From the NCBI RefSeq assembly GCF_044374345.1, contig NZ_JBILOS010000001.1, positions 1 through 62,755 on the forward strand: a DNA stretch of 62,755 nucleotides, in the 5' to 3' direction. Shown one piece after another: positions 47,679 to 57,313 of this stretch (position 1 is the stretch's first letter; each line of letters starts with the position of its first letter). The stretch comes from Sphingorhabdus sp. (GTDB taxonomy: Bacteria > Pseudomonadota > Alphaproteobacteria > Sphingomonadales > Sphingomonadaceae). The notes under the pieces were generated by a model. It did no database searches, was not told the origin of the DNA, and worked only from the letters and a program-made list of their open reading frames with translations. Position numbers and translations under genes: made by a program.

Positions 47679-50648
47679 ATGACTTCATCACTCGAATCCG
47701 CACGAACTGCCATCCGGCCCTTTCATCGCAAGTCTGAACCAGAAGTGCTTGCCCCATTGGTGGTCGCCGCTGCTGTCGATGGCACAGCGCGCGCCGAAGT
47801 TGTGCGCACCGCGCGGACCCTGCTGGCCGATTTGCGCCAGGTGCAAGCCGACGGTTGGGTGAACCAGTTTCTGCAGGAATATCGTCTAGGAACGGAGGAG
47901 GGCACGGCGCTGCTCTCGCTTGCGGAGGCGTTTTTGCGCGTGCCCGATCCCCAGACGGCTGATCTGTTGATTGCCGACAAGCTGACCGAAGCGGAATGGG
48001 GCAATCATAAGGGGCAGTCATCGAGCTTGCTGGTGAACAGCGCAACTTGGGGGCTTGTCCTCGGCAAAGCCGTTCTGGGTGACAGCACAAGCACGTTGAA
48101 GCGCCTGATTGCAAAGGCAGGCGAGCCATTTGTGCGTCAGGCCGTTGGCGCGGCGATGCGGCTTATGGGCCAAGTTTTCGTAATGGGCCGCGATATTGAC
48201 GAAGCCATCAAGCGGATGGAATCAAAAGACAACCGTGGCTTCACCGCCAGTTTCGATATGCTTGGCGAAGCTGCGCGCACCAAAAATGACGCAGAACGAT
48301 ATTTCGAATCCTACGCTGCGGCCATCGCAGCCGTCGGTCGCAACGCGGCGCGCGGTCATAGCGTTTCTGTAAAATTGTCGGCGCTGCACCCGCGATACGA
48401 AACCGCGCAGAGTGCAACATGCGTTCCAGAATTGGCCGATATGATCACGCAATTGGCGCGTTCCGCTGCCTCGCTTGGCGTACAACTTACCATTGATGCC
48501 GAAGAAGCTGCACGACTGGAAATGAGCTTCGACATCATTGAGCGTGTCGCACGTCATCGTGAACTACGTGGATGGGATGGCTTAGGCATGGCGGTGCAAG
48601 CTTACTCCAAACGCGCCCGTCCCGTCATCGCATGGGCCAATGCGCTGGGCCATGACACGTCACGCATCATGCAAGTGCGCCTCGTCAAAGGTGCCTATTG
48701 GGATAGCGAGATCAAACATGCGCAGGAACGCGGACTAACCGACTTCCCATTGTTTACCCGCAAGCCCGCAACCGATGTGTCCTACCTTGCGTGCGCCAAA
48801 GATATGTTTGAAGCCGCCAAAATTCGCCCGGCATTTGCAACGCATAACGCGCTTACCGTCGCGACGATTTTGCAATGGGCGGGGAACAATCGCGATTTCG
48901 AATTTCAACGCCTGCATGGAATGGGCGAGGGACTGTTTGAGCGTCTTGTGCGCGAAGAGGGCTATCAATGCCGCACCTACGCGCCGGTAGGCGGACATCG
49001 CGACTTGCTCGCCTATCTGGTCCGCAGACTGCTGGAAAATGGCGCAAACAGCAGTTTCGTCCACCAACTGGCGGATCAATCCATCAGTGAGGATGAACTG
49101 CTCGCCGATCCGGTAGAGAAAATCATGGCGGTTGGCGGCACAGGGCACCCCGCGATTGCCGCGCCCGCTGATCTGTTTCAGCCAGAGCGGACGAATAGCC
49201 TTGGCATTGATCTGGATGATGCGGTGATTTTGAAAGAAACGGCAGTCGAGATCGCGCGCCCGGTTCAATTGGACAAGCAAGCAACAGTTGCCCCCGAAGG
49301 TGCGGTAACCACGGCGCTTGCCGCCTATCCGGCATGGTCAAATACCCCATTGGACGAACGCGCGGACTGTTTGGAGCGATTGGCCGACCTGCTTGAGACG
49401 AACCGCGGCCGTTTAATGGCTATTTTGGTGCAAGAGGCGCGCAAAACGATCCCCGACGCGCTCTCCGAAGTGCGCGAGGCGATTGATTTTTGCCGTTATT
49501 ATGCCGCGCGCGCACGTACCGATTTGTGCGCTGTGGAATTGCCGGGCCCAACGGGCGAGCGCAATGTTCTGCGGCATGAAGGCAGGGGCGTTTGGGTTGC
49601 GATTGCGCCATGGAATTTCCCGCTCGCGATATTTTTGGGACAAGTGGCCGCAGCATTGGTCACTGGCAACACTGTGGTCGTGAAGCCTGCCCCGCAAACA
49701 CCCGCCATTGGGCAATTCGCAGTGGCGCTGGCACATGAAGCCGGTGTCCCCGAAGATGTGCTACAGATTGTTACCGGCGGTGGCGACGTCGGCGCGGCCC
49801 TGACCGCCGATGTCCGCATTTCTGGCGTGGTGTTTACCGGGTCCGTTCCCACCGCAAAGGCCATCGCGCGCAACTTGCTCGCTGATGATGCGCGGCCATT
49901 GGTGCCGCTGATTGCCGAAACGGGTGGCTTGAACGCGATGATCGTCGACTCCACGGCTTTGTCCGAACAAGTCGTTCGCGATATCATCATCTCTGGCTTT
50001 CAATCGGCGGGGCAGCGTTGTTCGGCGTTGCGGTTGTTGCTTCTGCAGGAGGATATCGCAGAACATACGCTTGAGATGCTGCGCGGCGCCATGGACATGT
50101 TGAACGTTGGCGATCCGGCTGATCCCTCGACCGACATTGGACCTGTCATTGATCAGGATTCCTATGACAAGCTGATGGGCTATCGTGCCGAGGTGAAGGA
50201 TAGAATAGTCCACGAGATAGACGTTCCGGCACAAGGCCTGTTTGTGCCCCCGACGGTTATCCGTCTGGACAATCTCGACGATTTGAACCGTGAATGGTTT
50301 GGCCCATTGGTGCATGTTGCAACATGGAAGGCTGGCGAGCTTGAGGCGACAGTCGCGCGGGTGAATGCCAAAGGCTTTGGGCTGACGATGGGGCTGCACA
50401 GCCGGATTGCGGGCAGCAGTGCATTGGTCGAAAACCTTGCCCGCGTTGGCAATCTGTACATTAACCGGTCGATGATTGGCGCGGTGGTGGGCAGTCAGCC
50501 ATTTGGTGGTGAAGGCTTGTCTGGCACTGGTCCGAAAGCAGGTGGACCGCATTATTTGTACCGCTTTTGCGCCGAACGGACGACATCTGTCGATACAACA
50601 AGCGCGGGCGGCAACGCATCGTTGCTGTCGCTTGAGGATGATAGCTGA
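47679..50648 (+). CDS. putA: Bifunctional proline dehydrogenase / P5C dehydrogenase (short form, no RHH)
   Basis: SFDMLGE, SVKLSALHP, IDAEE, RLVKGAYW, FATHN, RRLLENGANSSF; ALDH motifs PWNFP, FTGS, AETGG, SAGQRCS. Confidence 0.96.
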   Translation: MTSSLESARTAIRPFHRKSEPEVLAPLVVAAAVDGTARAEVVRTARTLLADLRQVQADGWVNQFLQEYRLGTEEGTALLSLAEAFLRVPDPQTADLLIADKLTEAEWGNHKGQSSSLLVNSATWGLVLGKAVLGDSTSTLKRLIAKAGEPFVRQAVGAAMRLMGQVFVMGRDIDEAIKRMESKDNRGFTASFDMLGEAARTKNDAERYFESYAAAIAAVGRNAARGHSVSVKLSALHPRYETAQSATCVPELADMITQLARSAASLGVQLTIDAEEAARLEMSFDIIERVARHRELRGWDGLGMAVQAYSKRARPVIAWANALGHDTSRIMQVRLVKGAYWDSEIKHAQERGLTDFPLFTRKPATDVSYLACAKDMFEAAKIRPAFATHNALTVATILQWAGNNRDFEFQRLHGMGEGLFERLVREEGYQCRTYAPVGGHRDLLAYLVRRLLENGANSSFVHQLADQSISEDELLADPVEKIMAVGGTGHPAIAAPADLFQPERTNSLGIDLDDAVILKETAVEIARPVQLDKQATVAPEGAVTTALAAYPAWSNTPLDERADCLERLADLLETNRGRLMAILVQEARKTIPDALSEVREAIDFCRYYAARARTDLCAVELPGPTGERNVLRHEGRGVWVAIAPWNFPLAIFLGQVAAALVTGNTVVVKPAPQTPAIGQFAVALAHEAGVPEDVLQIVTGGGDVGAALTADVRISGVVFTGSVPTAKAIARNLLADDARPLVPLIAETGGLNAMIVDSTALSEQVVRDIIISGFQSAGQRCSALRLLLLQEDIAEHTLEMLRGAMDMLNVGDPADPSTDIGPVIDQDSYDKLMGYRAEVKDRIVHEIDVPAQGLFVPPTVIRLDNLDDLNREWFGPLVHVATWKAGELEATVARVNAKGFGLTMGLHSRIAGSSALVENLARVGNLYINRSMIGAVVGSQPFGGEGLSGTGPKAGGPHYLYRFCAERTTSVDTTSAGGNASLLSLEDDS

Positions 50649-50657
50649 CTTTCACCG

Positions 50658-50867
50658 TCAGTGAATGGTCCCCAAAGTTGTACGCGCGCTCAGCATGATG
50701 ATGAGGCGTTCGATCTGGCGCCAGCGGCAATAATGCAGATGATTGCCAACATTACGGCTCTTTACCGCGCGCTCGGCGGCTTCCATGCCGGCTTTGGGAC
50801 CGAATGTGTCCATTAACGTCGTGGCTTCAGCAACGTCCCGCGGTTCGACGTAGAGCGGCAGATACAT
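50658..50867 (-). CDS. Conserved small hypothetical protein
   Basis: 69-aa ORF ...FG..AGMEAAERA..SRNVGNH..YCRWRQIERLI..., converging on putA. Confidence 0.7.
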   Translation of the reverse strand: MYLPLYVEPRDVAEATTLMDTFGPKAGMEAAERAVKSRNVGNHLHYCRWRQIERLIIMLSARTTLGTIH

Positions 50868-51044
50868 AAAGGCAGCGGCTTTCGATTGTTGTTTTGGGTC
50901 GCAGACAGGCCCGGGGGGATTGGCCCATCTGCAACGCCTTATTACAACTTGCGTGTCGCGTTTCCGTCAAAGCAATTGGTTAGCACAAATTAAGCATGAA
51001 CATCGGGCTTGCTAGGCTGCCGTTGTTGGTGGCAAAGAGCGATT

Positions 51045-51230
51045 ATGTCTGAAACACAAAACAATCAGCCCCGCCTTGCCGGCGGCATTTTCGTCGCTCT
51101 CGGTTTATTGATCGGCGCTATCCTCGGCGTAGCATTCGACCAACCCTCCGCCGGATTGGTTATCGGTATGGCGATCGGTAGCCTGATCGCGGTGGTGATA
51201 TGGTTGTTCGATCGTAAACGAAGCACATAA
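51045..51230 (+). CDS. Small two-TM membrane protein
   Basis: AGGIFVALGLLIGAILG...QPSAGLVIG...VIWLFDR; probably co-transcribed with the next gene. Confidence 0.7.
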   Translation: MSETQNNQPRLAGGIFVALGLLIGAILGVAFDQPSAGLVIGMAIGSLIAVVIWLFDRKRST

Positions 51231-51241
51231 GGGTCAGAAAA

Positions 51242-52564
51242 ATGTGGAAGCATGTTCGCAACATTATGTTGATATTCATCGCGTTGGCGCTTGCTGGCGT
51301 GTGGTACATTACGCGCCCTGACGTTGCGCAATTGCCGTTGGATGCAGTGACTGGGCCTAAGCCCAATATCACTGAGGGCCGCGAACAGATTTTCCCGACC
51401 ATTAAAGTTGCCGAGGTTGACCGCTGGAAAGCCGGCGAAGCACCAATTGCTGCGCCGGGTCTGGTTGTCGAGCGCTTTGCAGAGGGTCTCGACCATCCCC
51501 GCAACATGTATGTCTTGCCCAATGGTGATGTTCTCGTCGCTGAAGCAAATTCGCCGCCGCGAGACGTTGGCGGTATTGAGGGGTTCGTCATGAAATGGCT
51601 TATGGACAAGGCTGGCGCGGGTGTGCCGTCTGCCAACCGCATCACATTGCTGCGTGACGCCGATGGAGATGGCAAGGCGGAGTTGAAAACACCGTTCCTG
51701 ACTGGCCTGAACTCGCCATTTGGCATGGTGCTGATCGGCGACACTTTGTATGTTGCGAACACCGATGGATTGATGGCCTTTCCATACAAGACAGGCGACA
51801 CCAAGATTACTGCGAAGGGCAAAGAGCTTACAAAGTTGAATGCAAAGGCGCCAAACAACCATTGGACGCGCAACCTTGCTGCATCGCCCGATGGAAAGAA
51901 GATTTACATTTCGGTCGGGTCAAACAGCAACATTGCTGAACATGGGATAGAATCCGAAAATGGCCGCGCGATGGTGTTCGAATATGACATCGCGAAGGAC
52001 AAGAAAATTCCATATGCGATCGGTTTGCGTAACCCTGTTGGCCTCGATTGGGATAACCGCGGACGCCTGTGGACGGTGGTCAACGAACGCGACATGCTTG
52101 GTTCGGATATGGTGCCCGATTATCTTGCCCTTGTGGAATTTGGTGCCGATTATGGTTGGCCGCAGCATTATTGGGGCGGCTTTACCGATCACCGCGTTTC
52201 ACCACCGAAACCGGAAAAGCGGGAATATGAACGCCGCCCTGACTACGCCTTGGGTGCGCACACGGCCCCCTTGGGCCTTGCTTTTGGCTATAAGGGTAAA
52301 TTGGGCGCTGGACTGACCGATGGCGCGTTTGTTGCGCGTCATGGCTCTTGGAACCGCAAGCCTGTGTCGGGTTATGATGTCATCTTCGTGCCCTTTCCAA
52401 AAGGCGAGCCCGTAGGAAAGCCGGTCAACATTTTGACTGGGTTCCTGGACAAAGACGGCAAAGCGCAGGGACGGCCAACGATGGTTGTGATCGCAAAGGA
52501 CGGTTCGCTTTTGGTCAGCGACGATGTCGGCAATATTGTTTGGCGGGTTCGGGCGAAAAGCTAG
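51242..52564 (+). CDS. PQQ-dependent sugar/sorbosone dehydrogenase family protein
   Basis: FAEGLDHPR..LPNGDVLVAE, NHWTR, VGSNSN, GLRNPVG, NERD, HGSWNR, GRP. Confidence 0.9.
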   Translation: MWKHVRNIMLIFIALALAGVWYITRPDVAQLPLDAVTGPKPNITEGREQIFPTIKVAEVDRWKAGEAPIAAPGLVVERFAEGLDHPRNMYVLPNGDVLVAEANSPPRDVGGIEGFVMKWLMDKAGAGVPSANRITLLRDADGDGKAELKTPFLTGLNSPFGMVLIGDTLYVANTDGLMAFPYKTGDTKITAKGKELTKLNAKAPNNHWTRNLAASPDGKKIYISVGSNSNIAEHGIESENGRAMVFEYDIAKDKKIPYAIGLRNPVGLDWDNRGRLWTVVNERDMLGSDMVPDYLALVEFGADYGWPQHYWGGFTDHRVSPPKPEKREYERRPDYALGAHTAPLGLAFGYKGKLGAGLTDGAFVARHGSWNRKPVSGYDVIFVPFPKGEPVGKPVNILTGFLDKDGKAQGRPTMVVIAKDGSLLVSDDVGNIVWRVRAKS

Positions 52565-52573
52565 GGGCAGGAC

Positions 52574-53386
52574 CTAGATCCGTCGGCCCGCGCGGCCGGC
52601 AAGTTCCACTGTGTAATGCCATGCTATGCGGCCCGACCGGCCGCCACGGCTTTGCGCGAAACTTAAGGCATCGGCCTCGTCCCAATCGAGGTCGAAATGC
52701 GCCGCGTAACTGCCAACCATTTTCAGATAGGCATCCTGATCGGGATATTGAAAGCCGAGCTTAAGGCCGAACCGGTCCGCCAGCGCCAGGCTATCGTCCA
52801 CGGCATCGCGTCCGCCCGTATCCGGATCCGCGCCATTTTCTCTTTCGACGATGTTCCGGTGGTTGGACGTCACGCACAAGCGGACATTGTTCGGGCGGGC
52901 TTCAACGCCGCCTTCCAGCAGCGACCGCAACAGGCGTGCGCTTTGGTCATTGGGCTCGAAAGAGATATCGTCCACGAACAATAGATATCGGCGGCCTGAT
53001 GCAGCGAGCTCGTCGAATAATGCAGGCATGCTGGTGATTTGGTTCGCCGCCGCCTCGACAAGCGCAATGAAAAAGCCTTCTTCTTGCAACGCCGCGACCA
53101 CCGATTTGACGAGGGCAGATTTCCCCATGCCGCGCGCACCCCACAAAAGGACATCATGCGCTGCAGCGCCCGAAGCATGCCGCCTGCTGTTTTCGATCAG
53201 GTCGGCTTTTTGCCGGTCGATACCAACGATCAGGTCAAGCGGCAGTGGCTTAAAATCATGCACCGGCGCCAATGACGTTCCGTTCCAATGATAGGCCGGA
53301 TGGGACGATAGGTCCGTCGGTGGCGCTGGCGGCGGTGATAGCCGCTCCAGCGCCTCAGCAATGCGTTTGAGTGTGTGGTCGTTCAA
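52574..53386 (-). CDS. DUF815 family ATP-binding protein
   Basis: LLWGARGMGKS, FVDDISF, LLEGG, TSNHRN, LADRFGL, RSGR. Confidence 0.9.
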   Translation of the reverse strand: MNDHTLKRIAEALERLSPPPAPPTDLSSHPAYHWNGTSLAPVHDFKPLPLDLIVGIDRQKADLIENSRRHASGAAAHDVLLWGARGMGKSALVKSVVAALQEEGFFIALVEAAANQITSMPALFDELAASGRRYLLFVDDISFEPNDQSARLLRSLLEGGVEARPNNVRLCVTSNHRNIVERENGADPDTGGRDAVDDSLALADRFGLKLGFQYPDQDAYLKMVGSYAAHFDLDWDEADALSFAQSRGGRSGRIAWHYTVELAGRAGRRI

Positions 53387-55119
53387 GCCGCCAAATCCTC
53401 GGCATCCAATGCGTAGAGCAAGTCGGCACCGGCCATCGCGCTGCCTTTGAACGCGAAGGCTTCGGGAACCATGATGTCCAGATAATAACGGCAGGCGACG
53501 ATTTTGGCCTTTAGGAACGGGCTCGTATCTCCGGCGTCAATTTCTGTTTGTGCGGCCCGCAATTGCTTCAGCATCAACCAACCTGCGGTCACGACGGACA
53601 TCATGTTGGTGTAGGCGTAACTGCCCGCGAGACGATCATCCACGCTTGCGCTCAACATATATTCGGTCACTTCCGCGCAGGCCGCGCTCAATGCCGAAAG
53701 GCCCGGCTGGTCGGTGGCGTCTTGCGAAATGGCCGCGAGATGGTTCCGAATGACATCACCGCCTTGCATCGCGAGTTTACGCCCCACAAGATCGGCGGCC
53801 TGAATGCCGTTGGTCCCTTCATAAATCGCGGCAATACGAATATCGCGATAAAACTGGGCTGCGCCGGTTTCCTCAACAAAGCCCATTCCGCCATGCACCT
53901 GAATACCCAGCGAGGCGATCTCGCTGCCCATGTCGGTGCCGTAGGTCTTGGCAAGCGGCGTCAGCAGATCGACCATGTCCTGCGCTCCTGCTTCTCCGAG
54001 CGTGGCGCGGTCAACATAGCCCGAGGCCAGATAGAGCAAGGCCCGTATCGCTTGCGTGCCCGCTTTCATACGCAGCAGCATGCGGCGGACATCGGGATGC
54101 TCGACAATCGCGACGGACTCGCGCGACGGTCCGCTTGCTTTGGCCGATTGAACCCGTTCACGGGCAAACCAGATAGCTTTCTGCGTTGCGGCTTCGGCAA
54201 TTTGAACGCCTTGCAATCCTACGTTTAGCCGCGCGTTATTCATCATCGTGAACATCGCACGCATGCCGCCGAATTCAGGGCCGATCAGTTCGCCAACGCA
54301 TTCACCTTCTTCGCCAAACGCGAGCACGCATGTTGGGGAGGCATTAATGCCCATCTTATGTTCGATCGATACGACCTTGATATCATTCGCTTTGGTAAAG
54401 CTGCCATCTTCGGCCACCTGATATTTCGGGACCAGAAACAGCGAGATACCCTTGGTTCCAGCAGGGCCATCGGGCGTGCGGGCCAGCACGAGATGGACGA
54501 TGTTTTCGGCCATATCATGGTCACCAAAGCTGATATATATTTTGGTGCCTTTGATTTGGTAGGTGCCATCGCCGCGCGGTGTCGCGGTTGATTTCAGCGC
54601 GCCGACATCGGAACCTGCCTGTGGCTCCGTCAAGTTCATCGTACCTGACCATTCGCCGGTTGATAGTTTGGGCAGGAACATTTGTTTTTGCCGGTCTGAC
54701 CCATGGTGGTTGATGGCTTCGATCGCGCCAACCGACAAGATCGGGCACAGGGCAAATGCCATGTTCGCCGCGCCCAAGGAATCGAGCGCAACGGTCGCCA
54801 TCGAAAATGGCAGGCCTTGGCCACCGAACGCCGACGGTGCGTTTATCGATCCCCAGCCATTGGCGACATAGGCTTTGTAGGCTGCGACAAAACCGTCGGG
54901 CATGACGACTTTGCCATCTTTCAAACGCGCACCAACGGTGTCGCCGATCCGGTTGAGTGGCGCAAATTCGCCCTCGGCAAAGGCGCCAATGCCTTCAACA
55001 ATTGCTTGCACCATATCGGGGGTGGCATCGGCGAAGCGGTCATGTTGCGACAAGGCTTCGATATCTACGATATGCTTCAGGACAAATGCTTGTTCAGTAA
55101 CGGGTGCAGAAAAGGCCAT
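53383..55119 (-). CDS. Acyl-CoA dehydrogenase (DmdC-like clade)
   Basis: GTMNLTEPQAGSD, GTKIYIS, IEHKMGI, QVHGGMG, IYEGTNGIQA. Confidence 0.92.
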   Translation of the reverse strand: MAFSAPVTEQAFVLKHIVDIEALSQHDRFADATPDMVQAIVEGIGAFAEGEFAPLNRIGDTVGARLKDGKVVMPDGFVAAYKAYVANGWGSINAPSAFGGQGLPFSMATVALDSLGAANMAFALCPILSVGAIEAINHHGSDRQKQMFLPKLSTGEWSGTMNLTEPQAGSDVGALKSTATPRGDGTYQIKGTKIYISFGDHDMAENIVHLVLARTPDGPAGTKGISLFLVPKYQVAEDGSFTKANDIKVVSIEHKMGINASPTCVLAFGEEGECVGELIGPEFGGMRAMFTMMNNARLNVGLQGVQIAEAATQKAIWFARERVQSAKASGPSRESVAIVEHPDVRRMLLRMKAGTQAIRALLYLASGYVDRATLGEAGAQDMVDLLTPLAKTYGTDMGSEIASLGIQVHGGMGFVEETGAAQFYRDIRIAAIYEGTNGIQAADLVGRKLAMQGGDVIRNHLAAISQDATDQPGLSALSAACAEVTEYMLSASVDDRLAGSYAYTNMMSVVTAGWLMLKQLRAAQTEIDAGDTSPFLKAKIVACRYYLDIMVPEAFAFKGSAMAGADLLYALDAEDLAA

Positions 55120-55170
55120 GATCAATAAAAAATCCTGTTAAATCGTGTCGACCAAGGCCTATAGCCGCGA

Positions 55171-56130
55171 ATGATGTTTGGCTCAAATACCTTGGGGAAT
55201 GGCTGGGTCCTGCCCGCTGATGACGCTGCAATAACGGCGGCGATGGAGCTTTTGCGTTCCGGTCAAATCGTCGCGATTCCCACCGAAACGGTATATGGCC
55301 TCGCCGCGGACGCCAGCAATGCCGATGCGGTTGCCAAGATTTACGCCGCAAAGGGGCGTCCGGACTTTAATCCGTTGATTGTGCATGTTGCCGACCAATC
55401 AACCGCCGAAAGCTTGGCGGATTTCAGCCCGGTGGCACATCAACTGGCACAGGCATTTTGGCCGGGGCCGCTTACGCTGGTGCTGCCTCTGCGGCCTGAC
55501 GCCGGCATTGCGGGCGCCGTCACGGCCGGGTTGCCGACGATTGCATTACGCTGCCCCGCGCATCCCGTCATGCAGGCCCTGCTTAAAAAAACTGGCCTGA
55601 ATATTGCGGCACCGTCCGCCAATAAAAGCGGGGGCATAAGCCCGACCCGCGCCGAACATGTGCTTGCGGGGCTTGGCGGTGCGGTTCCGATGATCTTGGA
55701 TGGGGGGCCTTGCTCAGCAGGGCTCGAATCCACGATTGTTGCCGTGCGTGACAACGGTTGGCAGATTTTGAGACCGGGGCCAGTCACCGCGGCCGATATT
55801 GAGCGGGTTCTAGGGATTGGCCCCTTGACGGCGTCCGGCGATAATATTGAAGCGCCCGGGCAATTGGCGAGCCATTATGCACCGTCAAAGGCTGTGCGCT
55901 TAAACGCGATCCAACCAGAGCCGGGCGAATGGCACATCGGGTTTGGGACAATGGAGGGCAATGATAATTTGTCCGCGTCAGGCAACCTAGCGCAGGCCGC
56001 CGCCAATCTATTTGACGCGCTACACAGGGCCGATGCGAGCGCCGCATTATCCATATCGGTCGCGCCAATACCGCACGAAGGGATTGGCGTTGCGATTAAC
56101 GACCGGCTGCAACGGGCATCTATCCGGTGA
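55171..56130 (+). CDS. sua5: L-threonylcarbamoyladenylate synthase (Sua5 type)
   Basis: PTETVYGL, AKGRP.FNPLIVH, FWPGPLT, APSAN, APGQLASHYAP, AINDRL. Confidence 0.95.
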   Translation: MMFGSNTLGNGWVLPADDAAITAAMELLRSGQIVAIPTETVYGLAADASNADAVAKIYAAKGRPDFNPLIVHVADQSTAESLADFSPVAHQLAQAFWPGPLTLVLPLRPDAGIAGAVTAGLPTIALRCPAHPVMQALLKKTGLNIAAPSANKSGGISPTRAEHVLAGLGGAVPMILDGGPCSAGLESTIVAVRDNGWQILRPGPVTAADIERVLGIGPLTASGDNIEAPGQLASHYAPSKAVRLNAIQPEPGEWHIGFGTMEGNDNLSASGNLAQAAANLFDALHRADASAALSISVAPIPHEGIGVAINDRLQRASIR

Positions 56131-56254
56131 AATGCGCTGTAGGCATCCTGTTGAGCCCGTCGAACTAGAAAAATAAGTTGCATATCAAAATGCTATTTCA
56201 TCCCAGCGCGCTCTCGCCTATCGAGTGATGTATAGCAGTGCAGGGGAGAGCAAA

Positions 56255-57310
56255 TTGCTTACATCGAAGAGATTTTTGATTGGGCTTTTGCCGATCGTTG
56301 CACTTGCCGGCTGTGGTGAGGCATCGGACAGCAAAAAAGCTGCGGTCGAAACAGCACAGGTTGTACGCGTGTTCACCGTGGAAAAGGAAAGCCTTCAGCG
56401 TGAAATTAGCGCGGTGGGAACGGTGCGGTATCGGCGCGAAACGCCGCTTGGCTTCACCACCCCTGGAAAAGTGGCCGTTGTTCGCTTTGAAGAAGGTGAT
56501 TTTGTAAAGCGTGGCGCATTATTGTCGGCGTTGGATTCCACGATTGTTGGCGCTGACGTAAGCGTGTCCGTCGCTGAACGAGACCGTGCGCGCGCCGAGT
56601 TTGATCGCGTGCGTTCATTATATGCCGATGGTTGGATAACCAAAGCGCGTTTCGAAGCGGCAGAGGCTGCTGTCAAAGCCGCTGACGCCCGCGTTCGGCA
56701 GGCTGGCTTTGCGCGCAGCACAGCGCAGCTTTATGCCCCATCAAGCGGCGTCGTTTTGCAACGCAATGTCCAACCGGGACAAGTCATCGCCGCGGGTATG
56801 CCAGCGCTTATTCTGGGTGAAGCAGATGAGGGCTTTGTCTTTCGCGTCCCCATAGTCGACCGTGACGCCTCAAAATTGCGCGTTGGCATGACGGCGGACA
56901 TCATGATCGAGTCCGCGGGCGAAGCGCCGGTTTCGGCCACGATTTCAGAAATCGATGGACGCGCGAATGAGGCAACGGGCGCATTCACGGTCCAATTCCG
57001 GCTGCCGTCGCGCGCAAACTTGCGTTCGGGGCAAATTGGAACGGCCAATATTAAGCTACCTGCATTGGAAAGCGGCGACCTGCTGCAGATTCCAGCTACC
57101 GCATTGTTCGGCGTCCGCACCGGAGAAGGCCTTGTCTATGTTGTCGCAAAAAATAATCGCGTCGAAACGCGCAATGTCGCGATTGAACGTGTCTCTGACA
57201 CATTCGTTACTGTGTCAGGTGGCATAAAGCCGGGGGACAAGATTGTGACGTCGGGGTTGGAAAAACTGCGAACGGGGTCGCCCGTGCGCATTATTGCGAC
57301 GCAGCCTTAA
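56255..57310 (+). CDS. RND efflux periplasmic adaptor (lipoprotein); start uncertain
   Basis: Lipobox LAGC; lipoyl and hairpin motifs; LYAPSSGVV; upstream of an RND permease. Confidence 0.9.
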   Translation: MLTSKRFLIGLLPIVALAGCGEASDSKKAAVETAQVVRVFTVEKESLQREISAVGTVRYRRETPLGFTTPGKVAVVRFEEGDFVKRGALLSALDSTIVGADVSVSVAERDRARAEFDRVRSLYADGWITKARFEAAEAAVKAADARVRQAGFARSTAQLYAPSSGVVLQRNVQPGQVIAAGMPALILGEADEGFVFRVPIVDRDASKLRVGMTADIMIESAGEAPVSATISEIDGRANEATGAFTVQFRLPSRANLRSGQIGTANIKLPALESGDLLQIPATALFGVRTGEGLVYVVAKNNRVETRNVAIERVSDTFVTVSGGIKPGDKIVTSGLEKLRTGSPVRIIATQP

Positions 57311-57313
57311 CAC

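Noticed and set aside
50980-50993. CtrA-like box upstream of the 50867 ORF
   Set aside because: Half-site spacing is 6 nt, not 7.
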